NCBI GenBank assembly: GCA_040218735.1
Contig: JAVJQW010000011.1
Coordinates: 256,001 to 320,000 of the forward strand
Source of the DNA: Deltaproteobacteria bacterium
GTDB taxonomy: Bacteria > Myxococcota > Kuafuiibacteriia > Kuafuiibacteriales > Kuafuiibacteriaceae
Length of the DNA stretch: 64,000 nt
Reading direction: 5' to 3'
Of the stretch, positions 19,586 through 28,132 are shown one piece after another. Position 1 is the stretch's first letter. The number at the start of each line of letters is the position of its first letter. The notes under the pieces are model-generated. The model was not told the origin of the DNA. It made no database searches and saw only the letters and a program-made list of their open reading frames with translations. The position numbers and the translations under genes were made by a program.

Positions 19586-21571
19586 TTACAGAGACTTCAG
19601 GTACGTGACGAGGTCATCCATCTCGGCGTCGCTGAGCGCCGAGGTGTTGCCCATCGAGCCGTCGCGCGAACGCTCCAGGACGTCGCGGAGCGTGGGCGCC
19701 GAGCCGTCGTGGAAGTACGGGGCCGTCATCGCGATGCCGGTGAGCGGGCGGACCTTGGCGGCCTCCAGTTCGAACATCGGGACGACCGCGTTGTTCGTGT
19801 ACGCCGGGCCGCTGTGGCAGCTGACGCACGCGACGTCGGGGCGCTCGAAGACGGCCTTGCCGCGCGCGATGGCGGAGATGTCGTCGGTGAAGGGGTTGTC
19901 GACGTCGCGCGTCGAGTTCACGAACGCCGCGATGTCGAGCGCGTCCTGCTCGGTGAGGCCGTCGCCGCCCATGAGGCCCTGGCTGGTCATCATCGCGTCC
20001 TCCGCGACGGTCGGACGGTCACCCTGCCAACCCACCGGCTCGGCGAGCGAGACGTCGCCCGCGAGGGACGGGGTCTGGCGGAGGCCGCGACCGAACGTCC
20101 AGGTCAGGCCGTCGGTGCGCCCGTTGAAGTGGCACGTCGCGCAGGAGACGCCGGCGCCGTCGGCCGACATCTGGCGGTTCTTCGTGGAGAAGAAGAGGCG
20201 GCGGCCGCGCTCGATGTGCGCCGGGAAGCGGTTCGACTCGACCTGGTACTTCGACAGCGTCGTCAGCTGCTCGGGGACCTCCGGAGCCTCGCCGGGGCCG
20301 ACCGGCTCGGTCGAGCCGCCCGTGTTGCGCAGGCGCGCCTCGATGGCGGTCATGTCGATGTGCTCGATGGTGTTGTCGAAGAGCGCGTGCACGTAGGCGC
20401 GGCCGTCGTCGAAGATCGCGAGGCCGTCCGGGCCGGCGCCCGCGCTGACCGCGACGTTCGGGAGGAACATGAAGCCGCGGCCACCGGGATCGATGAAGCC
20501 AGGCGCCGCGTCGCCCGCGTTGCGCTGGGCGAAGCCTTCGGAGTCGAGGTCGAGCGCGACGACCGCGTCGGCGCCCTTGAGCGAGACGAGCATGATGCCG
20601 TTCTTCGAGATGGAGACCGCGACGGGGTACGCGTTGACCTGGCGCGCGTTGAAGCCGCCGACGTCCTCGAAGACCTCGAAGCTCTGCGCGGAGACCGCGA
20701 CGGCCTCTTCGATCACAGGCTGGCCGTTCTCGTCGACCGGCGCCACGACGACCGTGGGGTTCATGCGGTCCTGGTAGCCGCCGCCGGGGCCGCCGGGGGG
20801 CACGCGGGCGTCGTCTTCACCGGGCGGCGGGGCGGCGCCGGTGTCGGGCTCGTCGTTCGGGTCGAAGATCGTGGAGTGGTTGTCGACGTACAGCGCGGGG
20901 ATCGCGACCTGCGTGCCGTCCGGCGAGTACGTGGGGTCGCCGGTGATGCGGCGCGAGAACGAGAACTCTGCGCCGGTCTCGAAGTCGAAGCCCTTGGCTT
21001 CGGGGAGCTCGATCATCCGAAGCTCGCCGCTGTCGAGGTCGATGCTCGCGAACTGGCCGCCGTACGTCTGCGCGACGAGGAGCGTCTTGCCGCTCTCGTG
21101 CAGCGTGAGTCCGCGCGGCTCGCCTTCGATCGACCAGGCGCGGAGGCGAGCGTGAGACTGGGCGTCGTACTCGATGACCTCGCCGGAGACGGACGCGGAG
21201 ACGTAGACGCGGTCCTTTGTGGCGGCGACGCCGAAGGGCTCGGCGCCGGTGCGGATCTCACCCGCGAGCTGGAGGCGGTCCCCGTCGTCGACGAGGATCG
21301 CGACCTTCCGCTCGGCGCGGTTCGTCACGTAGACGGTGCCCTCGAACTGAGCGATGCGCGTGGGCTCCTGGCCGACCTGGATCTTGGACCAGGCGCCGGT
21401 CTTGGGGTCGAGGCGGGTGAGGGTGTCGTGGTCGGGGTTGGCGACGTAGAGGCCGGCGAAGCTGCCGTTGGGTTGAACGGTGCCGCCGCCCTTGCCGAGG
21501 TCGCGTCCCTGGCAGCCGGCCAGAGCGAGCGACGTGAAGAGTGCGCCGAAGGCGAAGTCTCGAATGCGCAT
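19586..21571 (-). CDS. Lipoprotein: YncE-like beta-propeller plus di-haem cytochrome c (bCcP/MauG-related) domain
   Basis: LALAGC lipobox; propeller blades (LYVAN, VGQEP, VYVTN, GAEPFGVA, GEPRGL); ERGRRLF...SCATCH...RQTPSL; RGKAVF...CVSCHSG...TAPYFHDGSAPTL. Confidence 0.88.
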   Translation of the reverse strand: MRIRDFAFGALFTSLALAGCQGRDLGKGGGTVQPNGSFAGLYVANPDHDTLTRLDPKTGAWSKIQVGQEPTRIAQFEGTVYVTNRAERKVAILVDDGDRLQLAGEIRTGAEPFGVAATKDRVYVSASVSGEVIEYDAQSHARLRAWSIEGEPRGLTLHESGKTLLVAQTYGGQFASIDLDSGELRMIELPEAKGFDFETGAEFSFSRRITGDPTYSPDGTQVAIPALYVDNHSTIFDPNDEPDTGAAPPPGEDDARVPPGGPGGGYQDRMNPTVVVAPVDENGQPVIEEAVAVSAQSFEVFEDVGGFNARQVNAYPVAVSISKNGIMLVSLKGADAVVALDLDSEGFAQRNAGDAAPGFIDPGGRGFMFLPNVAVSAGAGPDGLAIFDDGRAYVHALFDNTIEHIDMTAIEARLRNTGGSTEPVGPGEAPEVPEQLTTLSKYQVESNRFPAHIERGRRLFFSTKNRQMSADGAGVSCATCHFNGRTDGLTWTFGRGLRQTPSLAGDVSLAEPVGWQGDRPTVAEDAMMTSQGLMGGDGLTEQDALDIAAFVNSTRDVDNPFTDDISAIARGKAVFERPDVACVSCHSGPAYTNNAVVPMFELEAAKVRPLTGIAMTAPYFHDGSAPTLRDVLERSRDGSMGNTSALSDAEMDDLVTYLKSL

Positions 21572-21747
21572 GAAGCTGGGTTCCTTCCTGAAAGTGTCGG
21601 GTGACGGCCCTCTCGCTTTACACCCCGTGCGCCCCTCGAAATCGTTGAGGAATTCGCACGATGACCCGGGGCGCGATTCAGATATCTGAAGGCCGGCGCC
21701 GGACGTGCCCCGGTTTTCGGGATGCGGTAGAAGCCCCCTCGCAACCC

Positions 21748-23370
21748 ATGCGCGCCGAAGACCAGACCAAGATCCTGGACCTGCTGGAGCAGCGCGTCAC
21801 GGCGACCCGCTCCCAGGTGAAGGCCCCGCTCTCGGAGGTCCTGGAGGACAGCCTCTACCACGAGCGGCGGCGGCTGAAGGAGGACCGGGGCAAGAGCCCC
21901 GCTTTCAAGAAGGACTCGGCGTTCTGGGAGCGCGTCCAATCCGAGCTGCGCGGCGCGTCCGAATCACAGCAGACCCGACTGATCGAACGCACGGTGCGCC
22001 ACTACGGCGAGGAGATCGCGGGCAACTTCGACGACCGCGTCTACCAGGTCGTCACCCGCGCGATGCCGCCGGCGCTCGGGCTCCTGCTCAACGCCGTCTC
22101 ACCGATCAAGCTCGCGAAGCGCCTCCCCGACCTCCCGAGCATCGACGACGCGATCGTCGTGCAGGGTGAGGTCGAGCAGCTCCGCACACTCCACGAGAAG
22201 GGCACCGTCGTCCTGGTCCCCACGCACGTCAGCAACCTCGACTCGATCGTCGCAGGGTACGCGCTCTACCGCATCGGGCTGCCGCCGTTTTTGTACGGCG
22301 CGGGCCTCAACCTGTTCACGAACCCGCTGCTGTCGTTCTTCATGCACAACCTCGGCGCGTACACGGTGGACCGCAAGAAGCGCGACCCGCTCTACAAGGA
22401 CGTGCTGAAGGCGTACGCGCAGCTCACGCTCGAGCACGGCTACGACAACATCTTCTTCCCCGGCGGGACACGCTCGCGCTCGGGCGCCATCGAGAAGAAG
22501 CTGAAGCTCGGCCTCGCCGGGTGCGGGCTGCAGGCGTACATCGAAAACCTCAAGGCCGACAAAGCGCGGCCCAACCTCTACGTGGTCCCGTGCACCCTGT
22601 CGTTCGAGCTGGTGCTGGAGGCCGAGACGCTGATCGACGACTTCCTGAAGGAGGTCGGCAAGGCGCGGTACATCATCGACGACGACGAGTTCACCAAGCC
22701 GTCGCGCCTGTACGAGTTCATGACGCAGCTCGTGAACCTCGACTCGAAGATTCACGTCACGATCTCCCGCGCCGTGGATCCGTTCGGCAACGACGTCGAC
22801 GACGCCGGCGTGAGCCTCGACCCGTGCGGCCGCTCGATCGACACGTCGCGCTACGTGCTCACGCGCGACGGCCCCGGCCCGGTGTACGACCGCGACCAGG
22901 AGTACACGCGCGAGGTCGGCGAGCGCATCGTCGACGCCTTCCTGCGCGACAACGTCGTGGAGTGCACCCACGTCACGGCGTACGCGATCTTCTCTCTGCT
23001 GAGGGAGTACAACCCGCGCATGAACGTCCTGCGCGTCATTCGCACCGGCGGCGAGGACGACCTCGCGCTCGCCGATCTGTACCGCCGGACGGAGTCGATC
23101 GTCGGGCGCCTCCGCGAGCTCGACGCCGACCGACGCATCCGGTTGGGCCCGAGCGTGAAGAAGAGCGCCGAGGACATCGTCGCCGACGGCCTCAAACACT
23201 TCTCGATCTACCACACGCGCCCCGCGGCGCAGCGCAAGGGCGACCGCGTCGTGCCCACCGACCGGACGCTCCTGCTCTACTACCAAAACCGGCTCGAGGG
23301 TTACGACCTCGACGCGGTCGGCGGCGCCACGTCGCTGTCCGACGACCACCGCGAGCTCGCGGACCAGTGA
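21748..23370 (+). CDS. Glycerol-3-phosphate acyltransferase (PlsB/GPAT-like)
   Basis: PTHVSNLDS (HxxxxD), GAGLNL, GAYTVDR, FFPGGTRSRSG. Confidence 0.88.
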   Translation: MRAEDQTKILDLLEQRVTATRSQVKAPLSEVLEDSLYHERRRLKEDRGKSPAFKKDSAFWERVQSELRGASESQQTRLIERTVRHYGEEIAGNFDDRVYQVVTRAMPPALGLLLNAVSPIKLAKRLPDLPSIDDAIVVQGEVEQLRTLHEKGTVVLVPTHVSNLDSIVAGYALYRIGLPPFLYGAGLNLFTNPLLSFFMHNLGAYTVDRKKRDPLYKDVLKAYAQLTLEHGYDNIFFPGGTRSRSGAIEKKLKLGLAGCGLQAYIENLKADKARPNLYVVPCTLSFELVLEAETLIDDFLKEVGKARYIIDDDEFTKPSRLYEFMTQLVNLDSKIHVTISRAVDPFGNDVDDAGVSLDPCGRSIDTSRYVLTRDGPGPVYDRDQEYTREVGERIVDAFLRDNVVECTHVTAYAIFSLLREYNPRMNVLRVIRTGGEDDLALADLYRRTESIVGRLRELDADRRIRLGPSVKKSAEDIVADGLKHFSIYHTRPAAQRKGDRVVPTDRTLLLYYQNRLEGYDLDAVGGATSLSDDHRELADQ

Positions 23371-23380
23371 GGAGGACGGC

Positions 23381-24334
23381 GTGGCGAAGTTGACGTTGAT
23401 CGGCGGCGGAGCGATGGCGCGCGCCGTCGCGCGCATCCTGGTGAAGTCCGGCGTGGACGTGCACGTCTACGCGCGCAACACGGCGCTCGTCGAAGAGGTC
23501 GAGGGCATCGTCCTGCACGACGAGATGGGGCCCGCGGTCGAAGGCGCGAGCGTGGTGTTCCTCGCGGTGCCCGCCGACAGCCTCCTCGAGGCGTCGGAGC
23601 AGTACGGCGAGTTCGCGCGCGGCGACCATGTCGTGCTCACTGCGACGCGCGGCGTGACGGACCGCTTCATGCTCCCGCACGAGATGATCCGCGCGATGAC
23701 CTGCGTGCGGAAGATCGGCTACCTCGGCGGCCCGATCCACGCGCGCGAGCTGACGACGGGGCGGCAGATCAACCTCGTGCTCGCGTCGCGCTACGGCGAG
23801 GTCGTCAACGGCATCCGCGCGCTCATCCAAGGGACGCCGATCGCCCTGCACCGCTCCGCGGACATCGTCGGCGTGCAGGTCGCGGGCGCGATCGCGAACG
23901 TCGGCTCCATCGCGAGCGGTATCGCCGCCGCGCTGGACTTCGGCGACACCGCGCGCGGGGTGCTGCTCACGCACGGCCTCGTCGACGCGACGCGCCTCGG
24001 TGTGGCGCTCGGCGCCTCGGCGTCGACGTTCTCCGGCCTCGCCGGCGTCGGCGAGCTCATCCCGCGCCACGTCACGAGCATGGACCGACACGTGGACCTC
24101 GGGCGCCGCGTCGCGGAGGGAGAGAAGCTCGCCAACGCGCTCGTCGCGTGTGACGGGCACGTCGAGGGCGTGAAGACCGCCGAGGAGGCCGTGAAGGCGG
24201 CGGATCGGTTGGGCCTCGAGCTGCTGCTCGTCCCCGCGGTGCACGACATCCTCCTCGGCCGCGCCGACCCGCGCGAAGCGCTGGAGGCGGTGCTCCACAA
24301 GTCCTTGGATCTCGATCACGCGATCAACTCGTGA
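23381..24334 (+). CDS. gpsA: NAD(P)H-dependent glycerol-3-phosphate dehydrogenase homolog with degenerate active site
   Basis: Overall GpsA layout (IGGGAM, LAVP, GGP, DIVGVQ, TFSGLAGVG, VEGVKTA), but ALKN is AIAN, GDL is GEL and SRN is DRH. Confidence 0.8.
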   Translation: MAKLTLIGGGAMARAVARILVKSGVDVHVYARNTALVEEVEGIVLHDEMGPAVEGASVVFLAVPADSLLEASEQYGEFARGDHVVLTATRGVTDRFMLPHEMIRAMTCVRKIGYLGGPIHARELTTGRQINLVLASRYGEVVNGIRALIQGTPIALHRSADIVGVQVAGAIANVGSIASGIAAALDFGDTARGVLLTHGLVDATRLGVALGASASTFSGLAGVGELIPRHVTSMDRHVDLGRRVAEGEKLANALVACDGHVEGVKTAEEAVKAADRLGLELLLVPAVHDILLGRADPREALEAVLHKSLDLDHAINS

Positions 24335-25209
24335 AGTTCATCAGCCGCAGCAACGACCGCACCCTCCCCGCCGACTACACGGGCGACGTGTTGGTCTGGG
24401 ACATCGACAAGACGTACCTCGACACGCACTTCTCCTCGTGGCGCGGGCTGATGCGCATCCCGTTCGAGCTCGCGATCGACAAACGCGCGATGGCGGGCTC
24501 GGTGCCGCTGCTGCGCGGGTTGCGACACGGCGGGACGGAGCAGTCGTCGATCGTCCCGCTCTACTTCATCAGCGGCAGCCCGATTCAGCTCCGCAAGACG
24601 ATCGAACGGAAGATGGTGCTGGACGGCGTCGACTTCGACGGCATCACGTTCAAGGACCAGTGGGGCCTCGTCCGCGCGGGCCGCGCCAAGGACGTGAAGG
24701 CGCAGATCGGCTACAAGCTGAAGTCGCTCCTCGCGCTCAAACGCGACGTCCCCGGACCGTCGCGGTTCTTCCTGTTCGGCGACGACGTCGAAGCCGACGC
24801 CGAGGTGTTCGTGCTGTTCGGTCGGGTGTGCGCGGGGGAGCTGCGCGACGAAGTCCTCACGCGCCACCTCGCCGACAAAGACGTGCACCCCGTCGACATC
24901 GCGGAGATCCGCACGCTGTGCGACGACGTGCCCGTCACCGAGGACCCGGTGGAGCGTGTCTTCATCCTGCTCTCCGAGGGCGGCGACCCGAACCGGTTCT
25001 CGGACGACAAGGTCGTCGCGACGCACTCCTATCTTCAGACCGCGCTCGTGCTCGCCGAGCTGGGGCGCGTGCGGCCTCAGATCGTCGGCGCGGTGGCCAA
25101 GGACCTGCGCCGCCGTCAGGTCCCGGAGTTCACGATCCGGCGCGACATCGACGACGCCTCGAGGAGGCTCGGCGTCTCCGCGGAGATCTGCGCGCACGCC
25201 GAACGCTGA
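24331..25209 (+). CDS. App1/DUF2183-like HAD phosphatase (possible phosphatidate phosphatase)
   Basis: VWDIDKTYL (DxDxT), YFISGSP, K, LFGDDVEAD. GTGA overlap with the gpsA-like gene. Confidence 0.8.
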   Translation: MKFISRSNDRTLPADYTGDVLVWDIDKTYLDTHFSSWRGLMRIPFELAIDKRAMAGSVPLLRGLRHGGTEQSSIVPLYFISGSPIQLRKTIERKMVLDGVDFDGITFKDQWGLVRAGRAKDVKAQIGYKLKSLLALKRDVPGPSRFFLFGDDVEADAEVFVLFGRVCAGELRDEVLTRHLADKDVHPVDIAEIRTLCDDVPVTEDPVERVFILLSEGGDPNRFSDDKVVATHSYLQTALVLAELGRVRPQIVGAVAKDLRRRQVPEFTIRRDIDDASRRLGVSAEICAHAER

Positions 25210-25258
25210 GCTCGGCCTGACTTGCGCCGCGCGCGCGGCACGCGCACGCTCCGCGCCG

Positions 25259-26215
25259 ATGTTGGACACGCTGTCGCTCGCGACGATCGAAGCCGCCGCC
25301 GAACGCATCGCCCCGTACGTATTGCGCACGCCGACGCTGGTGCACGAGGAAGCGCACGGGACGCTGTATCTGAAAGCCGAGTCGCTCCAGCCGATCGGCG
25401 CGTTCAAGATCCGCGGCGCGTTCTCGATGATGACCACGCTCGGCGGCGCGCCCGGCGTCGTCGCCCACTCGTCCGGCAACCACGCGCAGGCCGTCGCACG
25501 CGCGGCGAAGGTGCTCGGTATCCCGGCGGTGATCGTGATGCCGAGCGACGCGCCGCCGATGAAGCTCGAACGCACGAAGGCGGACGGCGCCGAAGTGATC
25601 ATCGTGAGCCCCGACAGCGACGAACGCGAGCAGCGCGCCGCGGCGATCGCCGAAGAGCGCGGCTACGTGCCGGTGCCGCCGTTCGATCACCCGCTGGTCG
25701 CGGCCGGTCAGGGCACCGCCGCGTTGGAGCTGCTCGCCGACGCACCGGCGCTGGATCGGTTCTACGCGCCCGTGAGCGGCGGCGGCCTGATGGCGGGCTG
25801 CGCGACGGTCTTCGCCGCGAAGTCGCCGGGGTGTGAGATCGTCGGCGTCGAGCCGGAGGACGCGGACGACACGAAGCAGTCACTCGCGGCCGGCGAACGC
25901 AAGAAGGTCGCGCCCCCCCAGACGATCGCCGACGGGCTGCGCGTGCGCACACCGGGGCGCGGGACGTTCGAGGTGATCAAGAAACACGTCGCCCGCGTCG
26001 AGCTGGTGACCGACGACGAGCTGCTCGATTCGATGCGCTTCGCCGCGGTTCGCCTGCGCCTGGTGCTGGAGCCTTCGGGGGCCGCTTCGCTCGCCGTCGC
26101 TCGGCGCGAGCTGCGCGAGCACGGGGGGCACGCCGGCGTGTTGCTGTCCGGCGGGAACGCGGACCCGGCGGTGTTCGCGCGGTGCCTCAGCGCGCCGGAT
26201 CCGACGCGACGATGA
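25259..26215 (+). CDS. PLP-dependent threonine/serine dehydratase or serine racemase family protein
   Basis: LKAESLQPIGAFKIRGA, HSSGNHAQ, GQGTA, PVSGGGL, TIADGL, EPSGA, LSGGN. No regulatory domain. Confidence 0.93.
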   Translation: MLDTLSLATIEAAAERIAPYVLRTPTLVHEEAHGTLYLKAESLQPIGAFKIRGAFSMMTTLGGAPGVVAHSSGNHAQAVARAAKVLGIPAVIVMPSDAPPMKLERTKADGAEVIIVSPDSDEREQRAAAIAEERGYVPVPPFDHPLVAAGQGTAALELLADAPALDRFYAPVSGGGLMAGCATVFAAKSPGCEIVGVEPEDADDTKQSLAAGERKKVAPPQTIADGLRVRTPGRGTFEVIKKHVARVELVTDDELLDSMRFAAVRLRLVLEPSGAASLAVARRELREHGGHAGVLLSGGNADPAVFARCLSAPDPTRR

Positions 26216-27959
26216 CGCGATTGTAGAGCGGGTCGTGGAAGAGCATCACGCTCTCCCCCGACGGCCGTATGAACAGCTCGCGGTTGTCGAGGAACCGCGT
26301 GCCTCCCCGGCGACGCATCACGCGGTGCTCCCGCGCGACGCCGCTCTGCCACCGGACCACGAACACCTCGCCGGCGTTTTCGTAGCTCATCCGTCGGTAG
26401 CCCTCGGACGTGAACGCGACGACACCGTTGTCCTCCCAACCGCCGCCCGGGTCGTAGGCGTAGACGCTCCACGCGCCGGTGCCGTTGTCGGTGGCGTAGC
26501 GGATCTCGTACTCGCTGTAGCCGACCCAGAGCGCGCCGTCGGGCGCGCGGGTGAGCGCGGGGCGGCGCTTCGGTCCGCCGTCACTGTCCACGGTCTGCAC
26601 CGCCCAGCTCCCGTCCGGTTGGCGGGTCGCGGCCTTCAGCCGCGGATAGAAGTCTTCGTGGAAGAACGCGACGACGGGCTGGCCGCTCGCGGCGATGGCC
26701 ATGGACGTGCCCGCGGCGACCTTCGCGTAGCCGGTGACCTGAATCGTGACGTAGCTGCCGTCGGGCTGCTCTTCGACGACCTCGAGCCGCCCGCTCTGGG
26801 ATCCGGTGTGGCGGACGTACGCGATGACTTCGAGGCCATCGACGATCGCGAGCGAGACGTTGGCGACGAGGCCCGCCGCGACCTCGGTCTCGACGTACCC
26901 GCCCTGCCCGTCGGGCCGCGCGACGAAGAGCGTTCGTTGGTCGCCCGTCCCGCGCGTGAAGAGGAAGCGGAGCGGCTCGACGGTCAGCGCGACGGCGATG
27001 TCCGAGACGTCGTCGGCGACGAGCTCCTCTTGCCAGACGCCGCGCGCCGTCTCGTAGACGTGCCGCAATCGAATGACGTCGTCGGCGCCGCGGTACGGGT
27101 GAATGAAGTGCGCCGGGCCGGCCGCGTCGCCGCGCATCGTCGCGGCGTAGATCGTGCCGACGCGGTTTGCGTCTTCGTGCGACAGCTCGAACTCTTGAAC
27201 GACGGCGACCCCGTCGAGCGTGCACGCTTCGACGTCGGTGGTGCAGTCTTCGTAGCAGCCGACGTCGTCACCCGCGTCGAACCCGAAGGTCGCGCAGCTC
27301 GGCGACGGCACGTCGCTCCCGTCGCACTGCTCCTCGGTGCCGCGTTGGTAGACGCCGTCGCCGCAGCCCGTCTGGCGACCCGGCACGCTGCGACATCCCG
27401 GTCCGCACACGTAGCAGGATTGGCCGTAGGGGCAGACCTCGATCTCGGCGTTGCCGTCGTCGCAGTCCTCTTCGTCGGGCTGCACGATGAGGTCGCCGCA
27501 GAACGTGCCGACGACGGTTCGTGTCGTGCAGTTCGAAGCGCAGACCTCGCAGGAGGCCTCGCCGTACGCGCAGGACTCGGTGACGGTGTTCGTGTCGTCG
27601 CAGGCCTCGTCGCCCTCCACGACGCCGTCGCCGCAGACCGGCTCGCGGACGATCGTACAGTCGGCGGCGCAGGCCTCCCCGCCGTCGCACGCCTCCTCCG
27701 GATCGACGATGCCGTCGCCGCAGAAACGCACGGCGCCGGCGACGAGCTGGCAGCTTCGGCACCGGGTGCACTCGGTCTCGCCGTAGAGGCAGACCGGGGG
27801 CTCGTCGACGATCCCGATGTCGCAGACCTCGCCGACGTCGACCACGGCGTCGCCGCACACGGCGGCGACGTCGGGTTCGGAGGCGCAAGCGAGCAGGAGG
27901 AGGAGGGGCAGCGCGCGACGCGTGGGCCTTGGTACGCATGCGACCCTCGCGGTATTCAC
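26187..27959 (-). CDS. Lipoprotein with myxococcal cysteine-rich (CGDG..E.CD) repeats and C-terminal beta-propeller
   Basis: LLLLAC lipobox; five CGD[AGL]...E.CD repeats; later SLAI, SMAIAASGQPVVAF, WAVQTVD blades. Start uncertain. Confidence 0.82.
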   Translation of the reverse strand: MNTARVACVPRPTRRALPLLLLLACASEPDVAAVCGDAVVDVGEVCDIGIVDEPPVCLYGETECTRCRSCQLVAGAVRFCGDGIVDPEEACDGGEACAADCTIVREPVCGDGVVEGDEACDDTNTVTESCAYGEASCEVCASNCTTRTVVGTFCGDLIVQPDEEDCDDGNAEIEVCPYGQSCYVCGPGCRSVPGRQTGCGDGVYQRGTEEQCDGSDVPSPSCATFGFDAGDDVGCYEDCTTDVEACTLDGVAVVQEFELSHEDANRVGTIYAATMRGDAAGPAHFIHPYRGADDVIRLRHVYETARGVWQEELVADDVSDIAVALTVEPLRFLFTRGTGDQRTLFVARPDGQGGYVETEVAAGLVANVSLAIVDGLEVIAYVRHTGSQSGRLEVVEEQPDGSYVTIQVTGYAKVAAGTSMAIAASGQPVVAFFHEDFYPRLKAATRQPDGSWAVQTVDSDGGPKRRPALTRAPDGALWVGYSEYEIRYATDNGTGAWSVYAYDPGGGWEDNGVVAFTSEGYRRMSYENAGEVFVVRWQSGVAREHRVMRRRGGTRFLDNRELFIRPSGESVMLFHDPLYNRVIVASDPAR

Positions 27960-28132
27960 CTGAAACCGCCCGAATTCAGGCAACTTCAGGCACGCTCGGC
28001 GTCGATCGCGGCCGTGGGCTGGACCAACGTTCGATTGACTCCGAGGCCGTATCCGCCCAAAGGGTGACCCCGGACGTTGGGGGCCCCGTGCTAAGGTCCT
28101 GAACGCCCGTTTTCGGCCGGGTGGGCCGCGCC

